In this document: piece after piece, positions 12,022 through 24,806 of the stretch
Layout of the letters: the number at the start of each line of letters is the position of its first letter
Position numbering within the stretch: the stretch's first letter is position 1
Program-made: the position numbers and the translations under genes
Assembly (NCBI RefSeq): GCF_009914755.1
Contig: NC_060938.1
Direction: 5' to 3' (one strand)
Length of the DNA stretch: 64,000 bases
From: the human T2T-CHM13v2.0 reference genome, Homo sapiens
Notes under the pieces: model-generated
What the model saw: only the letters and a program-made list of their open reading frames with translations
Database searches by the model: none
What the model was told of the DNA's origin: nothing

Positions 12022-12120
12022 GTCTAAAAGCATTTCATGCCAGGGCATTTATGAATACTTCAGTATTTATCATGTACTGGGTGTAACAATGCTTCAACAT
12101 CCTGTGAATGTTATACAAAC

Positions 12121-12389
12121 TTTTTTTTTTTTTTTTTTGAGACGGAGTCTTGCTCTGTTGCCCAGGCGGGTGCGAGCTCTGCTCACTACAAGCTCCGCCT
12201 CCCAGGTTCACACCATTCTCCTGCCTCAGCCTCCTGAGTAGCTGGGACTACAGGCGCCTGCCACCACGCCCAGCTAATTTTTTGTATTTTTAGTAGAGAT
12301 GGGGTTTCACCATGTTAGCCAGGATGGTCTCGATCTCCTGACCTTGTGGTCTGTCCGCCTCGGCCTCCCAAAGTGTTGGGATTACAGGC
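12121..12389 (-). mobile_element. AluY-type element, about 20 bp 5'-truncated, with a small right-arm deletion
   Basis: Diagnostic caagctccgcctccc...ttcacaccattctcc and gttagccaggatggtctcgatctcc; TSD acaaac(a)ttttt. Confidence 0.92.
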
Positions 12390-12399
12390 ACAAACATTT

Positions 12400-12890
12400 T
12401 TTAAAACAAACTCGTATTGAAATTCATAAAGTGAACACTCTTGTAACCAGCACCCAGATCAAAGAAGGGAACATTACCAGCACCTGAAGACACAAGACCC
12501 CTGTGTCCTGACCCAGTCACCTCCCCCCAAGGGTAAGCACGCTCTCCTGTCTTATAATGCTACAGGTTAGTTGTAGGAGTTTTGATTTTATATAAATAAA
12601 ATCATAGTATACACTTTTAAAAGAAGTTTTCTTTGCATACTTTGTTAGGTTTATTTATGTTGTGTGTAGCTGTAGTCTATTCATTCTTATTAGTACATAG
12701 AGTTTCACTGTAACTATACTACAGTACATATATATTCATTACACAATTTAAAGATTTTAGGATTATTTCCAGTTTGAAGCTTTTAAGAACAGTAATGCTA
12801 TAAACATTGCTGTTCATTTATTATATGAATATATGTACATATTTCTATTTATTATATACCTAGAAATATTATTGCTGAGACATAGGAGGG
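12400..12890 (-). mobile_element. L1ME-type 3'UTR fragment
   Basis: cttgtaaccagcacccagatcaaagaagggaacattaccagcacc; aatgctataaacattg. Confidence 0.7.
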
Positions 12891-13069
12891 CTCATTATTT
12901 TTCAATATATTTCATTTTTCAGAACAGTTTTAGATTTTTAGAAAAATTGAGAAACTACTACAGAGAGTTTCCATATACTCTGCATCCATTTTCCCACATG
13001 ATTAACATTTTATTATAATACATTTGTTACAATTAATAAATAATATTAATGCATTACCAAACTTTCATG

Positions 13070-13432
13070 TGGATGGTTGTTGACTTGCTGTGGTTTGACT
13101 TAGATGTTTTTCACTTTATCATGGTGCAAAAGTGGTTCACATTCAGGACAAATCATACTTTGAGTACCTACATAGCCATTCTATTTTTCACTTTCAGTAG
13201 AGTATTTTAAAAATTACATGAGATATTCAAAAATCCATTATGAAATAGGCTTTGTGCGAGATGATTTTGCCCAATAGTAAGCTAATGTAGGTGTTGTGAA
13301 CATGTTTAAGGTAGGCTAAGCTAAGCTAAGTTGTTTGGTAGATTAGATGTATTAAATACATTTTAGACTTACAACATTTTCAACAAAAATGGGTTTATCA
13401 GAATATAACCCATTGAAAATCAAGGAGCATCT
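13070..13432 (-). mobile_element. MER47A (Tc1/mariner-Tigger MITE)
   Basis: tttaaggtaggctaagctaagcta...tgtattaaatacatttt...gggtttatcag...aggagcatct. Confidence 0.85.
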
Positions 13433-13587
13433 TTTTTTCTTAATATTTTCTTAACTCTAACCTAATGTATTTTTTCTGTTCCAGGTTCTCAGCCAAAATA
13501 TCAGATTATATATAGTAGTCATGTCTATTTATGTTCTTCTTGGCTATGGCAATTTCATATACTTTTTTTGGTTGTGTTTTTGAGGAC

Positions 13588-13968
13588 TATATTAGTCTGT
13601 TCTCACATTGTTATAAAGAACTACCTGAGATTGAGTAGTTTATAAAGAAAAGAGGTTTGACTCACAGTTCTGTAGGCTGTACAGGAGGTATGGCTGGGGA
13701 GGCCTCAGGAAACTTACTATCGTGGTAGAAGGGCGAAGGGGAAGCAAGAACCTTCTCCTGACAGCAGGAGAGAGAGAGAGTGAAGGGGGATATGCTACAC
13801 ACTTTTCAAACAACCAGTTCTCATGAGAACTCACTCACTATCAAGAGAACAGCAAGGGGGGATGTCCGCCCCGTGATTCAATCACCTCCCACCAGGCCCC
13901 TCCTCTGACACATGGGAATTACAATTTGACATGAGATTTGGTTGAGGACACAGAGCCAAACCACATTA
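13588..13968 (-). mobile_element. MSTA solo LTR (MaLR)
   Basis: tattagtctgttctcacattg...ggcctcaggaaacttac...ttcaaacaaccag...gccaaaccac; TSD aggac/agggc. Confidence 0.9.
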
Positions 13969-14600
13969 AGGGCTTTGAGTATTTTGAGGAGTAGTAGCAA
14001 GTATTTTGTACAATACTCCACACTGGAATTTTTCTCATGTTTTTCTCATGATAAGGCTGAGGTTATGGGTTATCTGGAGAAAGATCTCAGAGGTAAAGTG
14101 CTATTGCCATCATATCATATTCAGAATACATACTATCAACATGATATGACTGTTGTTGGGCTTTATCACCTGAAGTATGTAGGGTTTGTCCTTTTTCTCC
14201 ACTGTAAATTTTCTCTTCTTCTCCTACCCCACCCTAATTTTTATATGCTTTGGAAGGAAGTCACTGTGTTTAGCCCACACTTACAGAGAACAGAATTAAT
14301 CTCCCCCTCTTTGAAGGCAGAGTATTTACATAAATTATTTGGAATTCTTCTATATGGGAGATTTGTTTCCTTTCCTCCATGTATAAATTTACTCATTCAT
14401 TTATATCAGTATGGACTCATAAATATTTATTTTATACTTTGAGTTATAATGAGCATGTTATTTATTAATGTGCATACTGTAAGAATTTAATATCCACCAA
14501 CTCAATGTGGGATTCCCAAACAATACTCTGATGTCCTTCTGGGAGACAGTGCTCTGTGAGTCTCTCCATGAAATTCTACATATATGTCAGGCAGAGACAC

Positions 14601-15185
14601 TGTATTAGTCAAGATTCTTCAAAGACACAGAACCAATAGGATGAATGGATGGATAGATAGATAGATAGATAGATAGGGGATAAAGGAGATTTATTAGAGG
14701 AATTGGCTCGTGTGATTATGGAGGTTAAAGAGTCCCATCAAAAGCTGTCTGTAAGCTGGGGACCCAGGGAATCCAGTGACATGGTTCAGTCCAACTCCAA
14801 AAGCCTCACAACCAAGGAAGCCAATGGTGTAACTCTCAGTCTGAGGCCAAAGGCCCAAGACCTCTGGGCAATTGCTGGTGCAAGTCCCGTAGTCCAAAGA
14901 CTAGAGAATCTGGAGTCCTAATGTCCATGGGCAGGAGAAGAAGGGTGAACCAGCTTCAGAAGAAAGAGCAAATTTGCCTTTCCTCTGCTTTTTATTCTCT
15001 CCAGGGCCCCCGCTGATTGGATCGTGCCCCCCAACATTGAGGGCTGATCTTTCATACTAAGTCCACCAACTCATAGGCCAATATCTTCCAGAAATGCCCT
15101 CACAGACACACCCAGGAACAACGCTTTACCAGTTATCAGGTATCTTTTAATCCAGTCAAGTTGGCAGTTAAAATTAACCATCAAA
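14601..15185 (-). mobile_element. MLT2B-type ERVL LTR with an internal (GATA)n tract
   Basis: tgtattagtcaagattcttcaaagacacagaaccaatagg...ccctcacagacacaccc...aaaattaaccatca; perfect TSD gacac. Confidence 0.92.
14645..14676. repeat. (GGAT)/(AGAT)n tetranucleotide microsatellite
   Basis: atggatggatagatagatagatagatagatag. Confidence 0.9.
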
Positions 15186-15920
15186 GACACTAACTCCCTT
15201 TTTGCTTTAGACTAAAATGTCAGGAATGTTTGGGTACCAAACAGCCTTACATGATAGAAGTACTATGTACCTCCAGGGCAGAAGGCAGTTGTTTTTACTG
15301 CTCTATATAAAATACTTGGGTCCCCTAAGGTCAGAATTACTCATGTATGATGCTAACCCATTGTGTGGGTGGTGTCTCTGTAGACTCCTCTACATTGTCC
15401 TTATGGGATTCGGGAGCAAGGTGAATTGGTGCTCATGATTGTTTTGCTCTTAGTGATAAACTCCTTTGTCTTTTACCCTGCAGTCTAATGACTTTTTTAA
15501 TGACAAGCATTCAAAAAGTTGTGCTGTACTAACTTCTTAGCTTGCAAGCAAGGTAACATCTCAGGTCCTTCAGAGTTCTTGACAACCCCGCATAAAAAAC
15601 TCACCAAAAAAAAAAAAATTAATGCTCACAAACAAATATGTCTACCACTCTCCCATGTCAAAGTTTTAATGTAATTTACATTCAACTGCCAGCGTCCCCC
15701 ACCCACCTCCTTGCACTGATGGCACCTGCACTCAAAGTCACTTGTAAGAGTCTCACCTTTGCCCTGGCATATGAAGCCACATAGTAAGCCAGTGTCTGTG
15801 CCAAAGGCACTGAGTCTCATTGCTCACAAAGCTCAGACTCCTGGAGTGAGACTAGTGCTGGCTATGAGAAGCAGCAAAGAAAATATCTCCCCCTCCAATT
15901 TGATGTTCCACACAATCTGA

Positions 15921-16326
<406 letters not shown>

Positions 16327-16434
16327 TAAAGTTACCCGTAATGGTTGCAGATATCTCTTACTCAGTCTAAAGGTTTTCTCTAAACAAAGCAAGGGTGTGA
16401 AATTTGGTTTCTGCAGATGTAGGTTTTGTGCAAC

Positions 16435-16830
16435 ACTTAGGGTTATTTTGGTCATGAATAATAGAAACCACAACCCAAATTGGCTTATGTTAAAAAAGAA
16501 TTAATTTCCCTTCTTAACAGATTGAATTAAAAAGAAAAAAGGCCATGCAAAGCTTGATCCGGTTTACACATGTACTTAGCCTGTTGTTCTCAATGGCAGT
16601 ATTTTTTTCAGCCTGCAAGGGTACGGTTTCATTGCAAAGCAGACCATGTGTGGCTTCAAGATGGCTGCAAATAGCTACCAGGAACAGATGCTCTCTCATT
16701 TCTCATTTTCTGAATGGGAGAGAGTATGTCTCCCACTACAATCAAAAAACAAAAACCTTAGGCTTCACTTCATTGTCTCTGTACATCTTGAACCCATCAC
16801 TTTGACAAGGGTCATTTGCAAAGATCATTT
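16435..16830 (-). mobile_element. Probable ancient MaLR (MLT1K/L-like) remnant
   Basis: ttagggttattttggtc...aatagaaaccacaacccaaattggctta...aaaaaagaatt; aagatggctgcaaatagct. Confidence 0.4.
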
Positions 16831-16954
16831 TAGATTGGCAAGGGAATGTGTATAATTCCATGTAAACCATTGGCAGATACATAATGACACAATGCAACAT
16901 GCAGCTAATGAATACTGGAGAAGCACAAATATGTATTAATGTGATAGAAATCAC

Positions 16955-17065
16955 TGGGAAGTCAGGAGGCTCAGTTTCTGCTACTAACTAGCTGTTGAAT
17001 TGGACATTCATCATTCAAACTCAGCTAAATGACCCCATTTGTGAGATGGAGATAATAATTCCTGA
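16955..17065 (+). mobile_element. MIR fragment
   Basis: ctgggaagtcaggagg...ctgctactaactagctg...ccccatttgtgagatggagataataat. Confidence 0.65.
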
Positions 17066-17077
17066 ATCCCTCTTTGT

Positions 17078-17111
17078 ACACACACACAGACACACACACA
17101 CACACACACAT
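17078..17111. repeat. (CA)n microsatellite
   Basis: acacacacacagacacacacacacacacacaca. Confidence 0.95.
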
Positions 17112-18748
17112 ACATCACTTTCTCACCAGAGTGCTCAGTGCTGTTTCATATATCAAATAATCTAGTGAAGGTAAAAATATATTGAAAATGATGAGGCATT
17201 ATATGCATTTCACCTCCCATCTAGCATTAAAATATACTCCCCATTTGCCAGATCTATATTTAAATGAGGCCAATTGCTCATAAATTATCTAGTAATCATC
17301 AGTCAGCTTCAAATGTTGCAATATCAAAAGGTTTTTTTTTTTTTCTCCTTTCACCGTCCTTCTGAAATCTCCTGCAATTATCAGATATTTTCTACTCAGG
17401 CAGTAAAATCTGTTTCTCTAACACCAAGGCAACAATTATTTAAAGCTCACCACACACACTAAGAGACAACATGCTTATGTATGAGATGGGTAGAAGGTAG
17501 TATCAATCAATATTATAATGCCAGGCACACAGGAGAAAATAAATATTAGGTGATTTGATTACTCTTTTCTTCCAAGTATCAAATGCTCTTTAAAGTTTCT
17601 TACTGAAATCACTCTTTATCTTTCCCATTAGATAAGGTATGGGTGTTAGCCAAGAAAGTAATAGTTTTGTATGTGTAGCCCAATAAATAGAGCTTAAAAG
17701 TTTATTATCAAACATATTGTATGCTGCAATAAAAGTGATCTGTGCTCCTGAAGCCCATTCAGCACATAGAAAAATGCTGAAGGGCCAAGATGGGTGTTTG
17801 TCAACCCCTTGGAAGGGCAGCTCCACGCAGACGGAAACATCAGCTTGCCAGATTACATTCTTCTTTCACTCTCAAATACAGAATCAGTTCCAATTGAAAA
17901 TGCTTTAGAGAACATGCTATGCAAATGGAATGGATTTAGCATTTACCAAATGAATCAAATCTGGGCTCTGTGTAGGAGCCTGGATCTTGAACCACATACT
18001 GAACCTGAAGTCGAATTCCTTTAACTTCCTAAAAGTTCTTATCTTTGCAATCATAAGGCACACTTCTCTTCTCCATGAGAAATTGTGCTCTGGTGGCTGA
18101 TGAGGGCATTCTTGCCTATAGATGTGCATTGTTTGGCTCGCAGTGTTTCAAAAACACTAGCAGCTGCTCCCGTAGACAGAGAAACAGCCCAGGCAGGCTG
18201 GTTCCTTGTGCTTAGTATTGCCTCATGATGGGAGGTCGAGGATCAATTATAGTTTATCTACATGTCTGCCCTGCTGCTTTTGGCTTTGTTTCTTTGTTTG
18301 TTTTAAGGGAGAAATAATACTGTGACCCTGTGTCACAGAGAGGAGAGGAAGGAAAGATGGAAAATGAAAGAGGTGTTTTTCTTGTGGAAGTGAAGAATAG
18401 TTCACCTTCTTTAAAAATAAGCAAAATTTTTAAAAAATGATAAAGTATACTCCGCAGCTTGCTCTTCTCAGTTCCATTACCTGTTCAACCCACGAGGAAT
18501 CCGAGATTGCATTTTCTGTACTAGATCAACCAGAATTCAAGTGATAGTTGTCATCCTGCCATCCTCAGCATGCAACTTGTATTTTCCACCAATTATTTAC
18601 ACTGTTCTTGGGCCTTGGCATGACTTCCTTGCCCCTCATCCTCTTAAATTGAAAGCCCCTTCACTGACAGGTAATATCCCATTTCCTCTTTGAAGACTCT
18701 ATCATGCCCATAATTGTAAAGCAATAGTTAACAAGGTGACATCTCTTA

Positions 18749-19150
18749 TTGCTATGCTTTAAATATCCCCTCAAAAACTCATGTTGAAATTTCATCCCCA
18801 ATGTGGCAGTGTTGAGAGGTAGAGCCTTTAAGAGGCAGTTAGGTGGTGAGGTTTCTGTCCTCATGAATGAGCTAATCCTTTCATAAATTAACGGGCTAAT
18901 CAATTAATAGGTTAGCACAAGAGAGAAAATAGTGGCTTTATAGGAAGAGGAGCAGTGACCTGAATTGTCACATTAGTATGCTCAGTTTCCTCACCATGTG
19001 CTGCCTGGCATTACCTTGGGACTTTGCAGAGAGCTTCCACCAGCAAGAAGGCTGTCACAAGATGCACCTCTCAACTTTGAACTTCCCAGCCTCCAAAACA
19101 GTATGACATAATTGTATTTTCTTTATAAACTACTCAGCTTTAGGTGTTCT
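18749..19150 (+). mobile_element. MSTC/MSTD-type MaLR LTR (3' end clipped)
   Basis: tgctatgctttaaatatcccctcaaaaactcatgttgaaa...ccaccagcaagaaggc...aacttcccagcctcca. Confidence 0.85.
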
Positions 19151-21100
19151 TACACTCATGTGGATAACTTTTGTGTTATTAAATTCTTGTCTTATCACAC
19201 CATCAAAATTGTAAACAGACAACAAGCTCCAGTTGCTCTGTGTTTCCTACCTGCTTTGTACATACCTAATATTCTTCCATTGGCTTCCTGATTGATTTTT
19301 ATCCAAGCAGCAAAGAGCAAAGATGTTGTCAGACCTCCAGAACTGCATTGGCAAGTTTATAGCAGGGAAGTCACTCAGCATAAATTCTCTCCTTTCTTTT
19401 GTTCATTTCCCTCCCTCTTTGAACACAGGCTGAAATACCATCCAGACACTAAAGCCCCACACCCACATCTTGAACCAGTCTGGTAAGCCACCTGGACCCA
19501 GACCCATGTGCATGGTATGAATTTTCTCTTTACCAGACAATACAATGAGTAGTTAAACATGTGTAAACATATAAATCAACTAGAGAAAAGCAATCCTTAG
19601 GGATATAGACTGCTCAGTGTGTTTTGAAAACATTCATCAGGAAGATAATGCCAAAGGGATTTCACTAGAAAACTACACTTTATTTCTGTGGCTTCTTGAG
19701 TAGCTAGGTTTTAAATATCTGGGTTTGGAGGCTTTACTCTTAACTCTGTGGCCTGCTATGTTTAGTGTCTGTCTTTTTATAAAATAATGTCAAAAAGAAG
19801 TTGTCAAGTTCATCCTAAAGTAAGCACATCCAGTAATTTTCATCTTTTGCTGAAGGTTTTGTTCAGGAAAAGAGCCTGCAAATCTCATAAGATGAAGAAC
19901 TTTTCAGAACTCATAGATCTCATTTAATTCTTTGATCTAGAGAACAATGGCATCCTTTTTACTGTATTTGGGTATTTCAGAGGATTCCATTCCTGGTTCC
20001 AAACAGGAATTATTGACATATGCAAAAAAAAAAAAAAAAAAAAAGGCAACACAACTGAGGACCTCCCAAAAAGTTTGTAGTTTGGTTCTGTGTGGTTTAT
20101 TTTTATTCATGTTTTACTCAAGCTGGTTTGCCTATTTCACAAGCATATGCACCATATGCGAGCAAAGACTGCTAAAAGCTTTTTTAAACAGAAATCCTAA
20201 GAAGGAAGAAATGAAACTAAACAGAAAGAAAATGAAGTTAGCAGTTCTTTGCAATGTATGCTTAGAAAGGAAGGCTGACAAAAGAGGATTCATGTTCCTA
20301 AATTCTTAGTAGATGCAGCAATACATTTATAAGGAGTGGAGGATTGAAGAGATAAATTTAAAATTATGTTTCATTTAAAAACACAGCTCCCTAAATGAGA
20401 ACCAAGAATAAACACAAATACCCACTGCCTTGTTTTTTCTGATAGTTGCACTTGAAACGGAATCATCTAGTAGAATACAAAAACACAAATTGAAATCATC
20501 TGACATTTTTCTTTGTTCCTTAACATATTGAATATGTGCAGCTTATGAATACAGATTTAAAGATGCAGAAGAAACCAGATTTTATCTAACAGTCCAATAA
20601 ATCAGGACCTCTTTGTTTTTGTCTTATGGTCAGAGAGGCAAGTCATACAACTCACTAACTTTTAGTCCAGCTTGTTAAAGGAGAGAGGAGAAATCAATTT
20701 TTAAGGAATCTGTGAAGATTAATAACACTCGGTACTGAGTAGACCCTCATTAAATGAGTTTTGAAATGTATTTTAGATGCGTGAGCTAATATTTTATAAA
20801 TGCTTATCTTTTGAGAAAATAATATTTTTTACAGTCATCATTGTGTGGTACAATCAATAGATTTCTTTTCAAGTTGGAAATTGAATAAATTTTTCCCAAT
20901 GTCACAAAGAAAACTGAGGCACAGGGCAACATGTGAACTTTCTAAGGTCATTCAAATAAGGATAGTACCACTTTCAAAAAATAAATGTTGCTACTTCCAA
21001 TCTATATCTGATCCTATCCACCAATTACACTAAATATTTCTAAATACGAAGTAGAGGAAAACAACTAGCCTTTTTGTCATTCCTAACCTCATAGGCACCT

Positions 21101-21524
21101 TGTGTTAGTCTGTTCTCACATCGCTATAAAGAACTCCCTGAGACTGGGTAATTTGTAAAGAGGTTTAATTGGCTCATTGTCCCACAGGCTGCACAGGAAG
21201 CATGGTTGGGGAGGCCTCAGGAAACTTACAGTCATGGTGGAAGATGTAGGGGAAGCTGGCATGTCCTATATGGCTGGAGCAGGAGGAGGAGAGAGCAAAG
21301 GGAGGGGTGGTACACACTTTCAAACAACCAGATCTCGTGAGAACTCTGTCATGAAACAGCCCTTGAGAGATGGTCCTAAACCATTAGAAGCCCCACCCAC
21401 TGATCCAGTCACCTCCCACCAGGCTCCATCTCCAACACTCGGGAAATGTGAGATTCAACATGAGATTTCAACATGATGAATTCAACATAAGATTTGGGTG
21501 GGAACGAAGACCCAAACCATATCA
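21101..21524 (-). mobile_element. MSTA solo LTR
   Basis: tgtgttagtctgttctcacatcgctataaagaac...caaaccatatca; perfect TSD cacct. Confidence 0.93.
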
Positions 21525-21624
21525 CACCTGGACCACAGAGTACACAGCTGTACAGCTGTGTATCTATAGGATACCAGATACCAAGCTGCATCTCTGAGAG
21601 GCTGGATGTCACTATAAATGCAAA

Positions 21625-22385
21625 CTTGAAAGCCAGACTTCCTGAGTTCAAAACTCATCTTCATCCCTGTATTGGTCTTCTGCTGCTATGTAATAAAATA
21701 CCACTGGCTTAGTGGTGGAAAATACCATACGATTATTGTCTCCCAGCTTCTGTGTTTCAGGAGTCCAGGCACAATGTAGCTGAATTCTCTGCTCATGGTT
21801 TCACAAGGCTGCAATCAAGCATAAGATAGCTGCATTGTCACCTGAAGCTTGGTGTCCTCTTCCAAGGTCATTTAGGTTGTTGGCAGGTTCAATCTTTGTG
21901 GCTACAGAGTTCATAGCTTGCTTCTTCAAGTTCAGCAGGCAAACTGCTTGCTAAAGGAAAGTTCCCAGTACCTTGTTTAAAAGCTTTCACTTGATTAGAC
22001 TGGGCCCACCCAAGAGAACCTGCCTTTTTAATTAACTCAAAATAAACTTACTAAAGACCTGCATTAAATTGGCAAAACCCCTTCACTATTGCCATATGCC
22101 ATTGGTTAGAAGCAAACCACAGGTTCCACCCATACTCTAGGAGATAAAGTTGTACAAAGGTATGACTCATTAGGGGTAACTTTAGAGTGTGTCTGCATCA
22201 ATCACCTCTAAGACACTCAATTTTGTACAAGCTATTGAACCTCTCTGAAGCTCCCCTTTTCAAATCTGTAAAAGAGAACAGATGAACCTGCCTCCTAGGA
22301 TTGCTTTGAGGATTAAATAAAAGCTTACATGTAGAGCACTTAGCACAATTACAACACATTCTTAGAATGTGTTAGCTATTATTTT
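21625..22385 (+). mobile_element. MIR split by an MLT1 LTR
   Basis: agccagacttcctgagttcaaa (5' part); aacctctctgaagctc...tctgtaaaa...tgaggattaaata...gcacttagcaca...ttagctattatt (3' part). Confidence 0.75.
21668..22200 (-). mobile_element. MLT1E/F-type MaLR LTR
   Basis: tgtattggtcttctgctgctatgtaa...ggttgttggcagg...ccattggttagaagcaa; TSD atccc/atcac. Confidence 0.8.
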
Positions 22386-24019
22386 TCAATGAGTATATTG
22401 TGCAGAAGATAAATGAACCATTGTAAAACAAGTTTGAGCCACCTTGAATTATTTTTAAAATAAGAAGGGTATGTATAGTGAATTAATAGAGTGTGTGTGT
22501 ATGTGTTTATGTATATATACACATATTTTTTATGTGTGTGTAGGTGTGAATAATTCATATATCCCTCACATGTATATGAGGTAGTCTCAACAAACCTTTA
22601 AAACATACATTCTCAGGTCCTGCTTCAAGAATAATTATAGAGAGAAGTGAATCTTGAATAACAAATTACCACCTCTTTAATTTCTAATTGCATAGTCTTT
22701 CAAATAAGTGTTAGAACTTCATTTATAAGAATCTGGTAAAATTAGTGTTTCCAAATCATGTTTTATAAAACCCTTATTAATAATAAACTTTTATTTTACT
22801 GGATGTATTAGGTCTTGAAAGGATCGCTTAGTCAAATAAATCCACAATATTTTGTTTTAAGTAATATTTTAAAGTTTATTTCAAAATTTTTAAAGTGTTG
22901 TGGAACATGGAATCTCTTTTTTCCCTTGTAAGTTCTTCTAGGTCTCCTATTTGTCAAAAGACCCTCCAGGTTAATTCTGAGCTAGAAGTTCACACCAGGA
23001 GGAAAAAATCTCAAACACATGCCTTTGATCATAAATGTTTTCCCTCTTCAGCTCCTATCCATCTCTGCGTGACAATTCATGTTTCTTTTTGTGTTTGCAC
23101 TCTTGTGTACCAGATTTAATCCATAAGATATTTCACTTCATTTTCACAATGCCACTAGGAGATAAATAATCCAGGCTTCATTTTATGGAGTCTCATGAAG
23201 GTTAATTCACTTAACCATGTCCCACCCTTACTAGAAGCCAGTTGTCGAACTCAAGTCTTCCCAACTCTGTGTGATTTCCATTCCACTACTGATAGTTTTC
23301 TAGGCTAAAAGTTAGTGTGGGCTAATGCTCAGATATAGCAACAAAGAGCATGCACAGCTAATTTAATCATTAATCTTTACTAGGGAAGAAGCATAAAAAA
23401 ATTTGAACTCTTGAATCACAAATACATACCTTGGTAAGAATTTTCTGCATACTAAATTCCACTATATAGCTAATAATATTTTAATGCATTTTAAACACAT
23501 TTCCATATGAATGAGGTTTGGCATGATTGCCCTTGTAATAAGAAGGAAAGAGTGGGAAAAATTAGTTCACTAAATACAAGTCTTCAATTTTCAAAATTTC
23601 ATTGTATAATAAAATAACCTATAATGTTTTTAATTTTTTCTAACTTAGGCCTCATGGGAAGGAATATGCTTATATATTTAAGAATAGAAAGTCTGTTACT
23701 CGACACAAAGAAAAGAGCAGTATTCAAGATGTCTTCTCTGAGAAAAAAAACAAAAACCAAACAAAAATAGCATGCTGATCGCTTTTTAAAAATTAAATAA
23801 TTTCTCTTTTTAAAAAAATTTTTATTTGAGGTTTGGGGTACAAGTGCAGATTTGTTATATAGGTAAATTAATGTCACAAGTGTTTATACCGATTATTTTG
23901 TCACGCAGGTACTTAGCCTAGTACCCAAGAGTTATTTTTTTCTGATGCTCTCCCTTCCTCCACCCTTTACCTTCAAGTAAGCCTTAGTGTCTCTTGTTCC
24001 CCTCTTTGTGACTATGTGT

Positions 24020-24518
24020 TGTTGGGAACAGGCCCCCAAATCTGGCCATAAACTGACCCCAAAACTGGCCATAAACAAAATCTCTGCAGCACTGTGACAT
24101 GCTCGTGATGGCCATGACGCCTACTCTGGAAGGTTGTGGGTTTACCAGAATGAGGGCAAGGAACACCTGGCCCACCCAGGGTGGAAAACCACTTAAAGGC
24201 GTTCCTGAACCACAGACAATAGCATGAGCGATCTGTGACTTAAGGACATGTTCCTGATGCAGATAACTTCCTTTTGTTTCGGCCAATCCCTTTATTTCCC
24301 GTAAGGAATACTTTTACTTAATCTATAATCTATAGAAACAATGCTCATCACTGGCTTGCTGTCAATATATATGTGGGTAAATCTGTGTTGGAGGCTCTCA
24401 GCTCTGAAGGCTGTGAGACCCCTGATTTCCCACTCCACATGCTGTATTTCAGTGTGTGTGTCTTTAATTCCTCTAGGGTGGCTGGGTTAGTGTCTCCATG
24501 ACCAAGCAGGTCTCGGCA
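24020..24518 (+). mobile_element. MER9 solo LTR (HERV-K HML-3/HERVK9)
   Basis: tgttgggaacaggcccccaaatctggccataaac ... ggtctcggca; perfect 6-bp TSD atgtgt, as expected for class II ERVs. Confidence 0.93.
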
Positions 24519-24806
24519 ATGTGTTCTCATTATTTCATTCCCACTTATAAGTGAGAACATTTGATCTTCACTTCCGACATTAGTTTTCTAAACATGATGG
24601 CCTTCAGCTCCCTCTATGTCCCTGCAAAGGACATGATCTCTTTCTTTTTTATGGCTGCATAGTATTCCATGGTGGATATATATCACATTTTTTTAATCCA
24701 ATTTGTCATTGATGGGCATTTAGGTTCATTCCATGTCTTTGCTACTGTGAACAGTGCTGCAACAAACATGTCTACATGCGTCTTTATGGTAGAATGATTT
24801 ATATTC

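Larger units (their letters stand above)
12895..14460 (-). mobile_element. L1MC-type 3'UTR, interrupted by MER47A and MSTA
   Basis: cagttttagatttttagaaaaattgagaaactactacagagagtttccata; ggcagagtatttacataaattatttggaattcttc; tatcagtatggactcata. Confidence 0.8.
14537..15584 (+). mobile_element. ERVL LTR (MER76/MER77-like), split by MLT2B
   Basis: tgggagacagtgctctgtgagtctctc...gcagagacac | taactccctttttg...cttagcttgcaagcaaggtaacatctcagg...cttgaca. Confidence 0.65.

Noticed and set aside
13942-14442. Longest ORF in the window (166 aa)
   Set aside because: Begins in an MSTA LTR at a non-ATG codon and runs antisense through an L1MC 3'UTR; no protein-like features.
20024-20044. Isolated A21 tract as the tail of a retrocopy
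   Set aside because: No upstream SINE, LINE or mRNA-like body, and no TSD visible.
19947-20309. 120-aa ORF with a poly-lysine run
   Set aside because: The lysines come from an A21 tract; no recognisable domain or splice context.
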